Below, piece by piece: positions 41,278-54,816 of a stretch of DNA of 64,000 nt. The notes beneath the pieces were generated by a model. That model had not been told where the DNA came from. It was given only the letters and a program-made list of their open reading frames with translations, and did no database searches. The position numbers and the translations under genes were made by a program. The stretch is from assembly GCA_029717555.1 (NCBI GenBank), contig JAMDHS010000026.1, forward strand, positions 62,001-126,000. Direction: 5' to 3'. This DNA is from Peribolospora baueri. Its lineage: Eukaryota. Positions within the stretch are counted from its first letter, which is position 1; every line of letters starts with the position of its first letter.

Positions 41278-44200
41278 TCAGGCCGCGTTTCTTCTCTCTT
41301 TACAAAACATCGCAAGGTCTCGAATGATCGTACCAAACTTGTCTGGTTTCTTGACGTCGCCAGCCAACCACTTGGGAAGCTTGCCCAGCCGTCCGCCTTC
41401 GAGCCAGCGTGCGTCGAAAAGAAGGATGGCCGCCCAGTCGTTTGCGTTGCGGATGGCACGACCTTCACGACCCGAAGTGAACGGGGGGTAGAGAACAAAA
41501 AGGAGCGTCGACCGACGTTAGAATCGTGAGGAAAGATCGAGCAAGGGCAGGGTGGGATGGAGGCTGACAGCTCACCAATGGATTGGTTGACGGCCCTCAT
41601 GCACATGTTCTCGTACAGTAGCATGCCCGCGTCACGCTCCGTCTCCGAACCGACGGAATTTCTACTGCTGCCCACCCTCTTCTGAAGCTCCCTTGCATAC
41701 CTCATTCGCTCTTGCAGTTCCGTTGACATGAGGTTCGCGTATGGCAAGCCTACCATGATGACCGCTCGTGCCAATTCGTTCCTGGCGAAGGACAACGGCC
41801 TTCAGCTGTGATACACCATAACCACGACTTCGTGAAAGAAAGAAAAGAAAAAGACAAATCGAAGCCTACGAGAAGTTGATGCCCTCGCTCAGCTTGCCTC
41901 CAACAACTGCGAACAGGAGCGCCCCCATCCTAGACCCCGACTTGAGCTGACCGAAGATGGACGCCAAATTATTGGATCAGGTTGATTATAGTGACGGGAA
42001 GGCAGGCCCGACCTGTCTTCTCACCGATTGAATAGCAGAAGCGTAGTCCCGTAGAACGACGTCTACACCGCTGCTCTCCTTGGGCTCCGTAAATATCTGG
42101 AGCATCGGAGCCTGTCAGCATGTCTGTATGAAAGCGCGGTCGAAAGACACCGCAACGCCGGTCCACTCACCGCTTTCTTCCCCTCCAGCCGTGTCAGCAG
42201 CCCGCTCGTCTTCCACCGATTGTACATCTCATCGAGGACGCCATACGACGGGAGGAAGCAGACGACACCATCAGCTACGATGTTACACACGTTGACGATC
42301 GCTTGTCCGAGTTCGTCGGCCATCTCGACGTCACCGCGCCTGTCGAAGCGGAAGTTGAACTGCTTTCCTCGAGGCCCTACCCGAACGACCTCCGTAAGTA
42401 GATGCGACGGTGGGATGATGTGGCCACACGAGAAGGTCGCGAAGCGTTCCGGGGCGACAGTAGGAAAGAGTTGGAATTTGAAATCGGAGACCTGCGATAC
42501 AGCAACACAGAGGAGAGATCGTAAAGTTGTCCAAGTCACCACAGCATCGCTACCGTACGCACCGGCTCCATAGTTCCGCCAATTAAAATGATGGCCCTGG
42601 CCTCCTCGACGACGCTCGCAAAGTGAGCCGCAGGATTGAGCAGCTGATATCGCATCAACACTTGGTGACGCCCATCCACCTTGGCTTTTCCGTCTCGGCT
42701 CAAGAGGACACGTCCATCCTCCGACAGGTTCGCCAAGGCGAGGACCATGGCCTCGATCTGGTGCATGGACGAAATAGCGCTCAAGGCCGCGGAAGTCGAC
42801 GGCGGTCGTGCGTCCCCTCGAGACCCACTCGTGCCGCCCTTGAAGGCCGCGTCGCGGAGTTGTCTCTCCACGCATTTCTCCGCATATCCGCTTATCTGCA
42901 AATTTCAACCGGGAACCACCGCGTCAGCCTATAAGCAATACAACTCGAGGCGCGAAGCTGGACCCTGACCTTGCGAGCGATCTTGCTTTCTTTAAGGTAG
43001 CGTTCGAGTTGGAGAAGCTAAAACAGGTGGCTCGTCAGTTCGGTGCATTCTAGAACATTGAGAAGACCATTGGCAGCGCTGACCCACGTTAACCTGATCG
43101 AGAGCACCGAGAACCTCATTTGGTGTAGTGAGATCTTTCTTCTTGGAACCCTTCTCTGCCCACAGCTGACAAAATTCATCCAGCCTCTCCAGCACCTTAA
43201 GCACTTGCTTGAGGTACATTTCATTGCTTCCTTTGAGCCGGTTCCTGAACTTGGAGAGGTACGTCTTGATCTGCTGAGTGGCGGTGGACAGCTGAGTGGA
43301 GGTGATGGCGGCAGAACCACTGGAAACGATCGTGTCCATTAGGTTGTGCGCTTCATCGACGATAATGATTTGACCTGTCAGATCCAGTGACAGCGCTTCG
43401 CGCGCGGAAGGCTGCAGAAGTAAGGGATACGGCAGGACGACAAGCTGCAGGCGGGAAAAAGATAGGCGTGGACCTCAGAGGCAAAGACCAAGGAAGTAGC
43501 GGATCCTAGAACCTTAGTCCATTGCTTACCTCGGCTTGCGGGACCGCTTTCCTAGCGCCGTAAAACGGACAACATCCTTGTTCCTCGCCAAGACGCGCGA
43601 TATCCTCGATATCGCGAACCTTGGCCTACAAGGAGGAGCCGTGCCTTTTGTTAGCTGGCAGTGCAGAGCGAGTCGAGCAAAAAAAGGCAAGAAGAGAACG
43701 TTTGCTTACGAGAACGTGGTCGCGGAAATCGTTCATTCGGTGCTCTTCCTCCATCGTTGGTAGAAACTCGCATCGGCCGTGCTTTGAGCCTGCGAGCGAA
43801 GACACATCAGCGACACGAACCGGCTCGAGCCGTATCGAGCAGAGTGTTAGCAAGGTGGTGTACGATCCTCACCACTCTTCTGCATCTCCAAGCACCTCTC
43901 ATTCACAGCCTCAGAACCTCCAGGCCCCTTGGCAAGTTTGCGCACGTCCGGATTGATGCAGAGCTGCCGTCGACTCGCCAAGCCGGTCATCATGGCGTCG
44001 TCTGCGTAGAACGTTTTGGTTATCTCGGCCGTAAACTGGGAAAGCTGAGTATGCGTACGAGAGGCGAAGATCACTTTTGTGCGAGCCGGCGTTTCATCGG
44101 GCTTCTCTTTTGAGTTGGAGTGGGTCTCGAACCTGCGATCCAGAGGAGAGGATAGAATTGAGAGTCGAAGAAGAGTAGAAGTCGAGACTTTGTTCGACCA

Positions 44201-45059
44201 GCACCGCTCACCGTCGCATCAGTTCGCGCACCTCCGGGGAGATGTTATCTTCTTCCTTAGCACTTGGGCCGCCACGAGATGTTTCTGCACCGCTTCTTTG
44301 TTCCGAATCGTAGTCATCTGGGAGGAACTCCGAGTCAGACTCGCCTCCGTCTTGAGATTCCGACAGTCTCTGCGAAAGAGGGAGGGGACGTTGGATGAGC
44401 GATAGCGATGTGTATCAGTTTCGAGAAAACTCACAGGCTTCTTGCGGAACCTCCCCTTCTCCTTCATTTCCTGCCTCGCCTTGAGCGCCACCTCCTTCAC
44501 CTTGATCACCCGCAGCCGCTCCATGAAGTCCTCGTCCCTCGACACAATTTCTTGCTGATGCTGTTTCACGGCATGTTCAATTACCCAATCAGGATCTGGG
44601 CAAACGGAGAATCAAGGGCTCAACTGTCGTTCGTGGCCAAGTGATCCGCAAGTCTCTCCCAATGCACCTTTTGGGTTCTCCGCCTTCAGCCTCCTTTTGA
44701 GTTGCTCAATCTCGCCCACTCGCGACCGTTCGGCGTCTGCCCTCAGCCATGAGAAGGCGGCACATATGATGGAAAGAGATTTTCCCTGAACGTGCCGGCG
44801 GGACATTGTCGAAGGGGAAGGCAGAGCAAGAGACAGGTTAGCTTTCTTCGCATGTTCGACATCCAAAGCAGCGAGCCGCCGCTTTCCCCGGTGCCCAGAA
44901 GAAATGACAAATGAAACGAACCGTCCCAGTCGGACTCTCCAATACCGCAACCTTGCCTCCCTCAATGGCCTCGAACACCTGCCGCATGAGGTCGTCTTGT
45001 ATGGCGTAAGGGGTAAAGGGGAAGTGAAAGTCGGTCGGGGTGGGCAGGCCGAGCGTCAT
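41278..45059 (-). CDS. CHL1: Fe-S DEAH helicase Chl1/DDX11, multi-exon
   Basis: FPFTPYAIQ (Q motif), ESPTGTGKSLS, SRTHTQLSQF, Fe-S cysteines (SRRQLCINP, NERCLE, RCEF, CPFY), IVDEAHNL, GGTMEP, GGKLSEGINFS, RAVNQSIGRAIR, LPKWL. Stop at 41278-41280; the start could be 45059 or 45179. Confidence 0.93.
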
Positions 45060-46000
45060 GGTGACGGCGGTGGACGGCGCCGTCCCCGGGGCGGCATCTA
45101 CACCGGGCAGTGTGCGTGTGACACCCGTGTCCCGCTCTCGCTCCCGTTCCCGTTCTTCCTCTTGGAGGTCGCGCGTCATTACTGAGGCTTATCGAGACGG
45201 CCCAGGGACCTTCAGCTGTAGTGATGAGAGGTCCCAATCCTTGACGACTCCTTTGCTTGAGCACCCACGCTTGGACGTGCAAACTGCGGCCGGCGCGTAA
45301 ATGAAACCAGCGCAAACACAGACGAAGGCACTGAAGGCGTGGACAGGCGGCGTGTTTGGCAACAAGCGCCGGTCAGAGCAGCAGGAGACGGACAGGCGGC
45401 CCTGGCGCCACCCCACCTGCAGACGCCATAGGCCTCACTACTAACACTCAGACTAAGGCGAGGGAACGGTATGATATTAGTGATGGGGGGCTCTAATACG
45501 ACTCTTTGGGATCCGATGTCCGGGAATTGAGTGGATGTGTGTGAGGAGATGAGAAGTCTTATATGTCATGTCGACTTGGAGACTTTCCCCTGCCTCGTCC
45601 AAGACATCCATGATATACGAACATCTGTGGATAAGGCTCTCCTCGCCTCTCCAACGGTCACGTCCGGCCCGGTCCAGCAGCAGCAATGCAGTGCAAATCC
45701 CCAGCTTGAGGACGGAAGGACCACATGACCCGATGGCCAATCGCCCCTACCTTCGACCCTAGGCTCCCTCGAGGTCTATAAATCCGACCGCTCTCGATCC
45801 TGCCCACTCTCTATCCCGCCCTGCCAACCTGGCTCCCACTGTCGCCCCTCCAAACTCCAAGAAAATGCGGCTCCGTTTTTCCTTATGTCCATCTCTTCCC
45901 CGCCTTTCATTTCATACTTCCTTGTGCTGGCCACCCACTCCCCCAAACCTCCGCCCCCGCCAAGCCGTGAGCTGGCGGTGTCAAGAAACAAACTTGCTGT

Positions 46001-47547
46001 TTATTTAGCCTTGCCATTCGTCATCTCTCCCTCCTTCTCAGCCTGCTTGCTAGTCGGATTCAGCTGCATAGCTTCGAACGGCGCGGAGCCGATCTTAGCC
46101 GCGCTGGCAGGCTGGCCGCGAGAGACGGAGGCGGCGCGGGCGCGCTTGGCCTTGGCCTTGTAGGTGGTTTGGTAGAAGCTGCGATGACAAGAGGGAGTGA
46201 ATGGGAACAGGTGAAGGGAATGGATGGAATAAGTTGTGAGCGTCTGGGTCTGGTCCCATTCAAACCGACTTAATGGAACATTCCGACAACCGCTGCGTGC
46301 GCGGGAGAGACCCTCGACTCACCCGATGAAAAGCACGAGGTAGCTGGTGAGCACGGCGCAACCAGCCCAAGCTGCAAGCTCTTTTCCAGCGCAAGAGCCC
46401 ATAGTGGGGAGTGAGCCGGCGAAGTATTCGGCGGCGAAGTAGGAGTAGGCGGCGAAGTAGACGATGTGGAGGTCGATGACGAACTGGAGGAGAGACGAGG
46501 GTATATAGACAGATGAGCTCCATTGTCGCACATGCGCCGTATTGAATGAAAGGTGCAAACAGGCGCGTGCCGCGTGCGCTGATTCTCCGGGGGGAAGCTC
46601 ACCTGGACAATCTGGAAGACGGTGACGTACTGCTTCCACCAGATTTTAACGCCACGAGCGGTCTGGAAGTAATAGAAGTCTGGAGAAGGGCAGAGGGAGG
46701 AAACGGGAAGGAGGTTAGCCGGTAAACTCCGCAAATAAGCTGGGCACGGCTTCCGAGGTTGAGGACGGCACGTACACATCATGACGTGGACCGCCAGGTT
46801 GAGGCAGATGACGACCCAGGACACGCTCGTCTTGCCCTCGAGCTGAGTGTAGCAGAGCACCGCGGTAGCCGAGTGGTGGTAGACGTGCAGGAATGCTATA
46901 TGTGCGTCAAATCGTATGTGGAAGGACACATGGTTGCGAAAGAAACATGAGCGATGAGCATGACCATATCGGAACGGATCTTACAAGGAGTAAATACTGA
47001 ATCAGAAGGCAGCAACGCACCGAGGGGCTTCTTCTTAAGCACGAGGAAGATGGTGTCAATGAGCTCGACGAACTTGGTGTAAAAGTTAAGGATGTAGAAG
47101 AACTCCATACGCTGCGGATGTTCGGAAGCGAAAGGAGGAAATGAGCGGGAGGACCAGAAGGTAAAACGGACGACTGGGTACCGAGAACTGAGAGCTCACC
47201 GGCGTCCAGGCATCCGTTCCGCAGATTGCGTGGAAGAAGCCATACTTGTGCCAGATGGGCAAGATCTCCTCAAGCATGACGGCAAGCAAGAGCCCGCTGC
47301 CGACGGTGAGATAGAAGTTGTGCACGAGGAAAGGACCCTTGAGCTTGAATGCGGGGCGGTTCCGCATGAACTCGCGGCCAGAAAAGATGACGATGAGGTA
47401 GGCCGCGATAAAGCCGAAGACGGCAGGGGCCGTCGAGAGGGGGGTGACGCCAGGCTGCCATTTGTACGCGTTCTCGGGGAGCTGGAGGGACGGGGGAAGG
47501 CGCCGGAGGACGCCAGCGAGGGCGTCGTAGATGGGGGTGGAAGCCAT
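46001..47547 (-). CDS. Fatty acid elongase (GNS1/SUR4/ELO family)
   Basis: [23 protein letters not shown] (HxxHH box), [26 protein letters not shown]. Ends GKAK* at 46001-46003. Confidence 0.94.
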
Positions 47548-47772
47548 GGTGGGGAATTAAACTAGAGCTCGGACAGGTAATCCGGGATCTTCCTAAAGGA
47601 GGGAAAGAGAAAGAGTGAAGAGGAGAGAATGGAAGGAGGGTGGTAGATGGATAGCGTCCGTGGTGGGGTCCGTGGTGGTGGTCGTGGTGGTCGTCGTCGA
47701 TCCCTCTCTCGTTCTTCTCGCCTTCTCCAGCACCAACCTCACCGGCTCCAATTCTCCGGCTCCCATTGCCGG

Positions 47773-47782
47773 GTCACGTGAC
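47773..47782. promoter_or_regulatory. Perfect palindromic E-box GTCACGTGAC in the ELO/RLI1 divergent promoter
   Basis: 10-bp palindrome between ATG 47547 (-) and ATG 47934 (+). Confidence 0.5.
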
Positions 47783-47933
47783 TATTCCTGCTGCGGCGCT
47801 CTGACCCTTCCGCCCGCACCTTCTTCCTCTTCTGGCCGGCACAGGCCAGATAACCAAATAGAGAGAGGGAGAGAGAGACGGTAGATCGTCCTCGAGCTCG
47901 CCACCGCCCGCCACTCGTTCATTCTTGCCCACC

Positions 47934-50548
47934 ATGCCAGAGTCACTCACCCGTATTGCCATCGGTGAGTCGCACTGATCTGTGGGTGGCAAGGAGACAG
48001 ACACGTAAGTGAACACCGCTGAATCTCCGTGCTCTCGCCACTTCATCAGTCAACCAGGACAAATGCAAGCCGAAAAAATGTAGACAAGAGTGCAAGAAGA
48101 GCTGCCCGGTTGTGCGCATGGGTGAGTGTCTAGTCGTTGGTATGAATAAGTCGTCCAAATCGTGCGCGTCCCAACCGTCTATCTCTCCCTGTTCCCCCCC
48201 GCCTCCAGGCAAGCTCTGTATCGAGGTGACCCCATCGAGCAAAATCGCCTTCATCTCCGAGGAGCTCTGCATTGGATGCGGTATCTGCCCCAAAAAATGC
48301 CCCTTTGAGGCCATCACGATCATTAACCTTCCCACTAACCTCGAGAAGGAGATCACCCACCGCTACGCCGCCAACTCGTTCAAACTTCACCGTCTGCCAA
48401 CACCTCGCGCCGGCCAGGTTCTCGGTCTCGTCGGCACGAACGGTATCGGAAAGAGCACAGCACTCAAGATCTTGGCTGGAAAGCTCAAGCCCAACTTGGG
48501 AAAGTACGATGTGAGTCCTCTGCCGTCCTCGCAGGATCCGTTTCCTCAGCGAAATGTCTTCAATGTCTCATCCGCGTTTGCCACCTACCAGGACCCTCCC
48601 GATTGGCAAGACATCCTCCGCTACTTCCGCGGATCCGAGCTTCAAAACTACTTCACAAAGGTGCTTGAGGATAATCTCAAGGCGCTCATCAAGCCTCAGT
48701 ACGTGGACCACATCTCGAGGGCCATCAAGACCAAGGCCACCGTGTCGCAGATGCTTGACGGCAAGCTCGAGCAGGACAACAAGGACTTTGTTGTCGACAT
48801 GCTCGACCTCAAGGAGGTGCTTGACCGCGATATCACCCTTCTTTCCGGTGGCGAGCTGCAGAGGTTCGCCATCGGCATGACCTGTGTGCAAAGGGCCGAC
48901 GTGTGAGTCGTCACTACGTTTTCCGAGAGAGTGCCAGGCGTTCATATATGTCGAGCTGAGAAGACAGCTGACTCTACCATACCATTGAACGCCATCCATT
49001 GCAGGTACATGTTCGACGAGCCCTCGTCCTATCTCGACGTCAAGCAGCGTCTCAACGCAGCGCGCATCATCCGCTCGCTCCTGGATCCTACGACGTACGT
49101 GATCGCCGTCGAGCACGACCTCGCCATTCTCGACTATCTCTCCGACTATATCTGCTGTCTCTACGGCGTTCCTTCCATTTACGGCGTCGTCACCCTCCCA
49201 TCGGCGGTTCGCGAAGGTAAGCAGTCGGCTGATTCGATTTGACCATTTCTTCGAGCTAAATTTTTCTATCTTTATCCCGTACTGTCATCGTCGACAGGCA
49301 TCAACATCTTCCTGGACGGGCATATTCCCGCGGAGAACCTCCGTTTCCGAGAAGAGTCTCTCACCTTCCGCATCGCCGAGACGGCGGACGAGTTGGTGAA
49401 CGAGCGGACACGTCGGCTTTCGTACCCTCCGATGAAGAAGACGCTCGGCTCGTTCAAGCTCGACATCGAAGGGGGCGACTTCACCGACTCGGAGATCATT
49501 GTCCTCCTCGGCGAGAATGGCACGGGCAAAACGACGTTCGTGCAGATGCTCGCCGGTAAGCTCACCCCCGACGCCGGGTCAGAGAAGCCTCCGGAGCTCA
49601 ACGTGTCGTTCAAGCCTCAGAAGATCGCGCCCAAGTTCCAAGGAACGGTGATGCAGCTCTTGCTCAAGCAGATCAAATCGGCCTACGTCCACCCCCAGTT
49701 CCAAACCGACGTCATCAAGCCCATGAACCTCGAAAACCTGCTTGACCAGGACGTGCAGACCCTGTCCGGTGGTGAACTGCAGCGCGTCGCCCTCGTGCTT
49801 TGCTTAGGCAAGCCGGCGGACATTTACCTCCTGGACGAGCCGTCCGCCTACCTCGACTCCGAGCAACGTATCCTGGCCAGCAAAGTGAGTGTCTCTCCGT
49901 GGTGAAGTTGGCTTTGTGGTGAAGGGCGACAGAATGCGAGCGTCTGCGACTGAGCGCATGGCACCTCTTTTCATTCTGCCGCTCCGCCACTACCATCCGT
50001 CGTATATCCATCATCATCATTGGAACAGATCATCAAGCGCTTTATCCTCCACTCCAAGAAGACGGCCTTTGTCGTTGAGCACGACATGATCATGTCCACT
50101 TACCTCGCCGATCGCGTCGTCGTTTACGAGGGCAGGTGAGTAGTAATTAGCCTGACCGTCTCCTAGTTCCACGTCCGGTCGGATCGTGCGCTCGTCCTCA
50201 TCCTCGTTGTCCGTTTCCTCCTCTCCTCTTCTCGCCTTTCTGCGCAGGCCTTCGGTTGAGGCAAAGGCTACCGCCCCCCAATCCCTGCTGACGGGCTTGA
50301 ACCGCTTCCTGGCAAACCTGGAGGTCACCATCCGTCGGGACCCGACCAACCTCCGACCACGCATCAACAAGCACCTCTCCGTGAAGGACAAGGAGCAGAA
50401 GGCCAGCGGGGACTACTGTGAGTGGCGCCATTGATCGTCAACTCGCGGCTTTGAGACGAGTCGCCCGCGCCCTTCTGACGACGTCGTCCCCTCCTAACTC
50501 ACCTTTCCGTTTCTTTCTCTGCCCTTCACAGTCTTCCTCGGCGATTAA
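47934..50548 (+). CDS. RLI1: ABCE1/Rli1 Fe-S ABC ATPase (ribosome recycling)
   Basis: [55 protein letters not shown] (twice), [28 protein letters not shown] (TAA 50546-50548). Confidence 0.97.
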
Positions 50549-52524
50549 GGCAGACGTGCCGACGGACGGACGGGATAGGTAATCCATCCATCCACGTTCA
50601 ACGACAAGTAATCCAATCCATCGAGTCAATCCGTCCGTGTGGTCACGCCAATCACCCAGCGTCCCTAACCCGCGCATTCCTTCGATCCTCCGACCATCCT
50701 TTCGCTCGCTTAGACAACCAGACGCACACGGCACGGATGTATGTTCGACGATGAGTCGGAGCCCTCCTTCCTTCCTCCCTCCCTCTCCCATTCCCCACCT
50801 TTCAATCCTCCACCCATCCACCCAAACTCAAAAGATCGAGCGCTCGCTGGACGCAGCCTGCGAGCAAGCCTTACCCCCCCCCCCGGCTCTTGCGCTCTTT
50901 CGGTTCAGTCGATGATTTCGAGCCGTTGCTCTCGTCCTAGCTGTATACTATTACAACCGTCGAGGCCTGGGAAATGTCGCTCGCTTGCTCCATTCGCGAT
51001 CCGTCCGTCATTCAGTGCTCGAAAACAGCAGAGGAGACGAGAGGCAGACATGCGCCCCAAGGTCAAGGCGGGCGTGGGAATGAGGCCTTTGTAAGTTCAC
51101 GTCAGTTTGTCTCTCGCTTTCGGAATCTGTGACGGCACACTGGCACTGGCACTGGCACTGGGCGTCGCGAGTGGTGCGAGGGCAGGTAGACAAGCGTCCA
51201 GATTCATCACCGGTCAGAGGATGCAATGGACAGACAGTATATGGACATCCGTCGGATAGCACCTTCGCTTCTCGCCTGTCAGCAGACTGTCGCCTACCGG
51301 ATCGTGCAGCCGTGATGACGATGGATGATGGTGTGACGATACGGTCGGAGCTGAGCAACCATAACCGGGTCACCGGCCGCCGCCTCGCGTTCTCGCCTGG
51401 CCGTTTGTTGGTGTTTGTTGGGTTTCGTCGTCCACACGCTCCTTCCCCGCCTTCCGATCCGATCAACCTGCCCCCACACCACCACCCCACGTCCGACTAC
51501 TACCTCCACAACGTGCCCGCTGCCCCGATCCCGCTCACAGCAGAAGGAAAGAAGAAGAAAAGGTCGAAGCATGTACAGAAGAAGATCCTGCAACGGAAAC
51601 ATGCTCAAAGAAGAACGAGCAAGAATAGAAAAAGGGGAAGGAGGAAGGAGGATAAGAGTGCATGGCGTGACAAACAGACGGACATGTGGATCAAACCGAG
51701 ATGGAGTGACGGGTTTCAAAAGAAAGAAGTCGGTGTCGGTTAATCCCGCCGATGATACGTAACGCTGAGTCAGGGCTGTACCGCCGGATGGTCCGTTGAG
51801 TTCGGTTTGCGAGCGCAGCTAGGGAGAAAGCGGAAGTGATACACGTTGTACTGCGATGCGCTGCCTTGAGTCGGACGGGTGAGGATGTGCGGTGCGGGTC
51901 GGGTCGACAACAGCAATGGTGGTGGTGCTGCACGTGGGAGTGGATTCGGTGCGGAACGAGGGAAGACCGCTGAAGTGATGAAAGGTGGCGACAGAGACGA
52001 GCGAAAAGCCGGTGATAGCGGTAGCAGAGTGCTCGTCAACGTGGAGAGTGGGGCGACGCTGGAGTCGGAGAGCCGAACGCGATCATCAGAGTCGGAGGCC
52101 GCTTGTCGAAATTTCGCGGGCCGTTGTCGGAGAGGAGAGAGACACAGAGAGAGACAGAGAAAGAGGGGTGGTATCCTCGAGCGATAAGACAGAAAAGGAG
52201 AGGGAGACGAGCACAGACGATAACAGATGCGAAAAAAGACAGCATAAACACACAAGGTCGAAGTGGAAATGAAAAAAGACAAAAAAAAAAAAGGGAAATG
52301 ACAAGTGCATGCGCGAGGCGAAAAAGAAAGGGAAAGAAAAAAAAATGAAAACCAAAAGGGCCTTCTGCTGCTTCGCGACGGGCAGGTCAGCTCCACAATA
52401 CTCATCCCCCCTCGTCCTATCCAGTGCCACCATCCCATCGACTCCGTGCCAGAACGCAGTCATCCTCTCCCTCTAGGGCCGGCCACCGCCCTGTCCATAC
52501 TCCTGGCCTCTTCGAACCACATCA

Positions 52525-54389
52525 TCAAGAGCGAGCCGCCGCTTGGGGCTGACGAGGCGGGCCACGCCCGACTTGCCCTTGAGCGCCACCGCCACCAACA
52601 CCTCCGCCGCCACGGTTGTATCCGCGCTGAGGGATTGAGTTGGTAAAGTTGTTGCTCTGCGGGATGACAGTCTGCTGCATGGCCGTCTGCTGGGGAGGGA
52701 GCACTGGTCGGCCGGCGTTGGCGTTCTGCGGATTAGCCTGCTGGCCTTGCTTTTGTGCGCGACGAGAGTTTTCCTTAGGCTCGTCGATGAGGCTCGGCGC
52801 GACGTAGAGTCTTTTGTCAATGGAGGAAGGAATCGGCTGAATCTCAGTGCCGAGCTCTTGCTCGATGCGGTACAGGTTGAAGCGGTCTTCGTAGGTGATG
52901 AGATTGATAGCGAGTCCGAGGTGACCATACCGACCGGACCTATAGCAACCGAAATGAGAGAGAGTGAGCCAGTCATCACTTCCGAGATTCTTAAAGGGCA
53001 CGGGCACTTACCGTCCAATTCTGTGCAAGTAAGTTTCGGTATTCTTTGGGAAGTCGAAGTTAATGACCACGTTGACAGCCTGAATGTCGATACCTCTCGT
53101 AAGAAGGTCTGACCGCGTAAGAAAAGGAACGCGTCAGTGGGTGCGTACAACGTCCATGCACTGACACAAGCTCGAGCCGACATGTGGGATGCGATCGCGT
53201 ATTTGTAATATTACGAAAAGAGCCGCATATACTCACCTGAGCAGACCAAGTTTCGGCAAGCACCGTTGCGGAAGTCGTGGAAGACGCGGTTACGGTGGCT
53301 CTGTAGCATCCTGGCGTGAGAGTAGAAGCACGAGTAGCCGAGCTCGGTGATCTTCTTCGCCAGCAGCTCCACGCGGTTGGTGGAGTTGCAGAAGATGATG
53401 GATTGGTTGATTTGAAGCTGTGGAGGGAAAGCGGTGCAAGACAACAATGAACAACGATCAGCGTCAAGCCGGAAAGCATGGGGCGACGCCATGTCAACGA
53501 CGCAGGGAAACTGACCTTGGAGAAAAGAGTGTTGAGACAGTGGACCTTCTGCCGCTCCTCTACGAATGCGTAATACTGGGTGACACCACGCAAGGTGAGC
53601 TCGTCCATGAGGTTAATCTCGTAGGGCTTGACCATGTGCTTGTCCTTGAAATCCTTTACGATGATGGGGAAGGTGGCAGAGAGGAGCATGACTTGACGCT
53701 CCTTGGGGAGGAAAGATAGTAGCTGCTCCATGACGGGAGTGAATTCGGGGGAGAGGAGCTTGTCGGCTTCGTCCATGACGAAGGTGTGGCACTGGCTGAG
53801 ATCAGCGACACCCTTGCCAGCCAAGTCGAGGATGCGACCAGGCGTTCCAACAAGGACGTGGACGGTTTGGGAAAGACGGAGGATGTCGTCCTTGAGGGTG
53901 GTACCGCCAGTGGTGACCATGACCTCGACGCCCATGTGCTTGCCGAGAGTTTTGCAGACCTGGCTCGTTTGGAGGGCGAGCTCACGGGTGGGTACGAGGA
54001 GAATGGCTTGGATATGGTTCTTCTTGGGGTTCAGGCGCTCCAACGTTGGGATGACGTACGCCGCCGTCTTGCCTGTGCCGTTTTTCGCGCGAGCGAGAAT
54101 GTCGCGGCCGGTGAGAGCGATGGGGATGGCCTCCTCTTGAATCGGTGACGGACGCTCGAAACCGGCCTCGAAGATACCCATCAACAGCTCCCGCTTAAGG
54201 AAATAGTCTTCGAAATCATTGCCCTTGGTGGCGGTGACGTCCTGTTGAAGGGGCCAAAGAACACAACGATTGAATGAGAACACTTGCAAGTGCAGTGCTG
54301 CTACGCCCGAGGTAGACAGACACCAGACTCACCTCCGTCTGAGGACGCTCGTCCCGCTTCGGTCGCTCGTCCCGCCTCACGTTCGCCAT
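52525..54389 (-). CDS. DHH1: DEAD-box RNA helicase Dhh1/DDX6
   Basis: [67 protein letters not shown]-rich tail. Stop at 52525-52527; ATG 54389 is tentative. Confidence 0.95.
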
Positions 54390-54816
54390 GAGAGGGGTGA
54401 TGTGGATGACGGCGGTAGAAGTTTGTTCGGTAGGGAGTCGAGAGGTTGGGATGGGAAAAAGTAGAGTTGACGGCGAGTGGCGGCTGTATGGCGCTGGAAA
54501 GAGCGGGAAACGAGACGGGGGGGGGGGGGCGGGACGGCAGACCTGTGGAGATGCGAAGATGAAAGCTGTTCGGTCAAGATGTGGATGGTGACGGCTGGTC
54601 GGCAAAGATGTGAATGGAGACGAGAAGAACGGTAAGGAGGGATGGATGATGGTCCAAGGAGGAGTCGAAGGCAAGACGAGAGAGACCATCACCGACCGTT
54701 CAAGGCGAATCGCTAACCCTAATCGTTGCTCTTTCCCATGAACCGCAGCCGATCACTTTATTGTGCGACCTTCGAATCCCGGAGGGGATGTTATCCATGA
54801 GCGCCGCCATCGGTAG

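Noticed and set aside
45494..45504. TAATACGACTC, the first 11 nt of the T7 promoter
   Set aside because: The match stops before ACTATAG and there is no vector context; treated as coincidence.
45813..45830. + strand IPPCQP, resembling DNMT2 catalytic motif IV (SPPCQP), as the possible missing 5' part of the relic
   Set aside because: No motif I upstream and no correctly spaced ENV motif. It lies in C-rich sequence just 3' of the ELO gene, 9 kb from the relic, so it is most likely chance.
51129..51762. Lys/Arg-rich + strand ORFs
   Set aside because: They translate the complement of pyrimidine tracts downstream of DHH1; no domain or coding-like composition.
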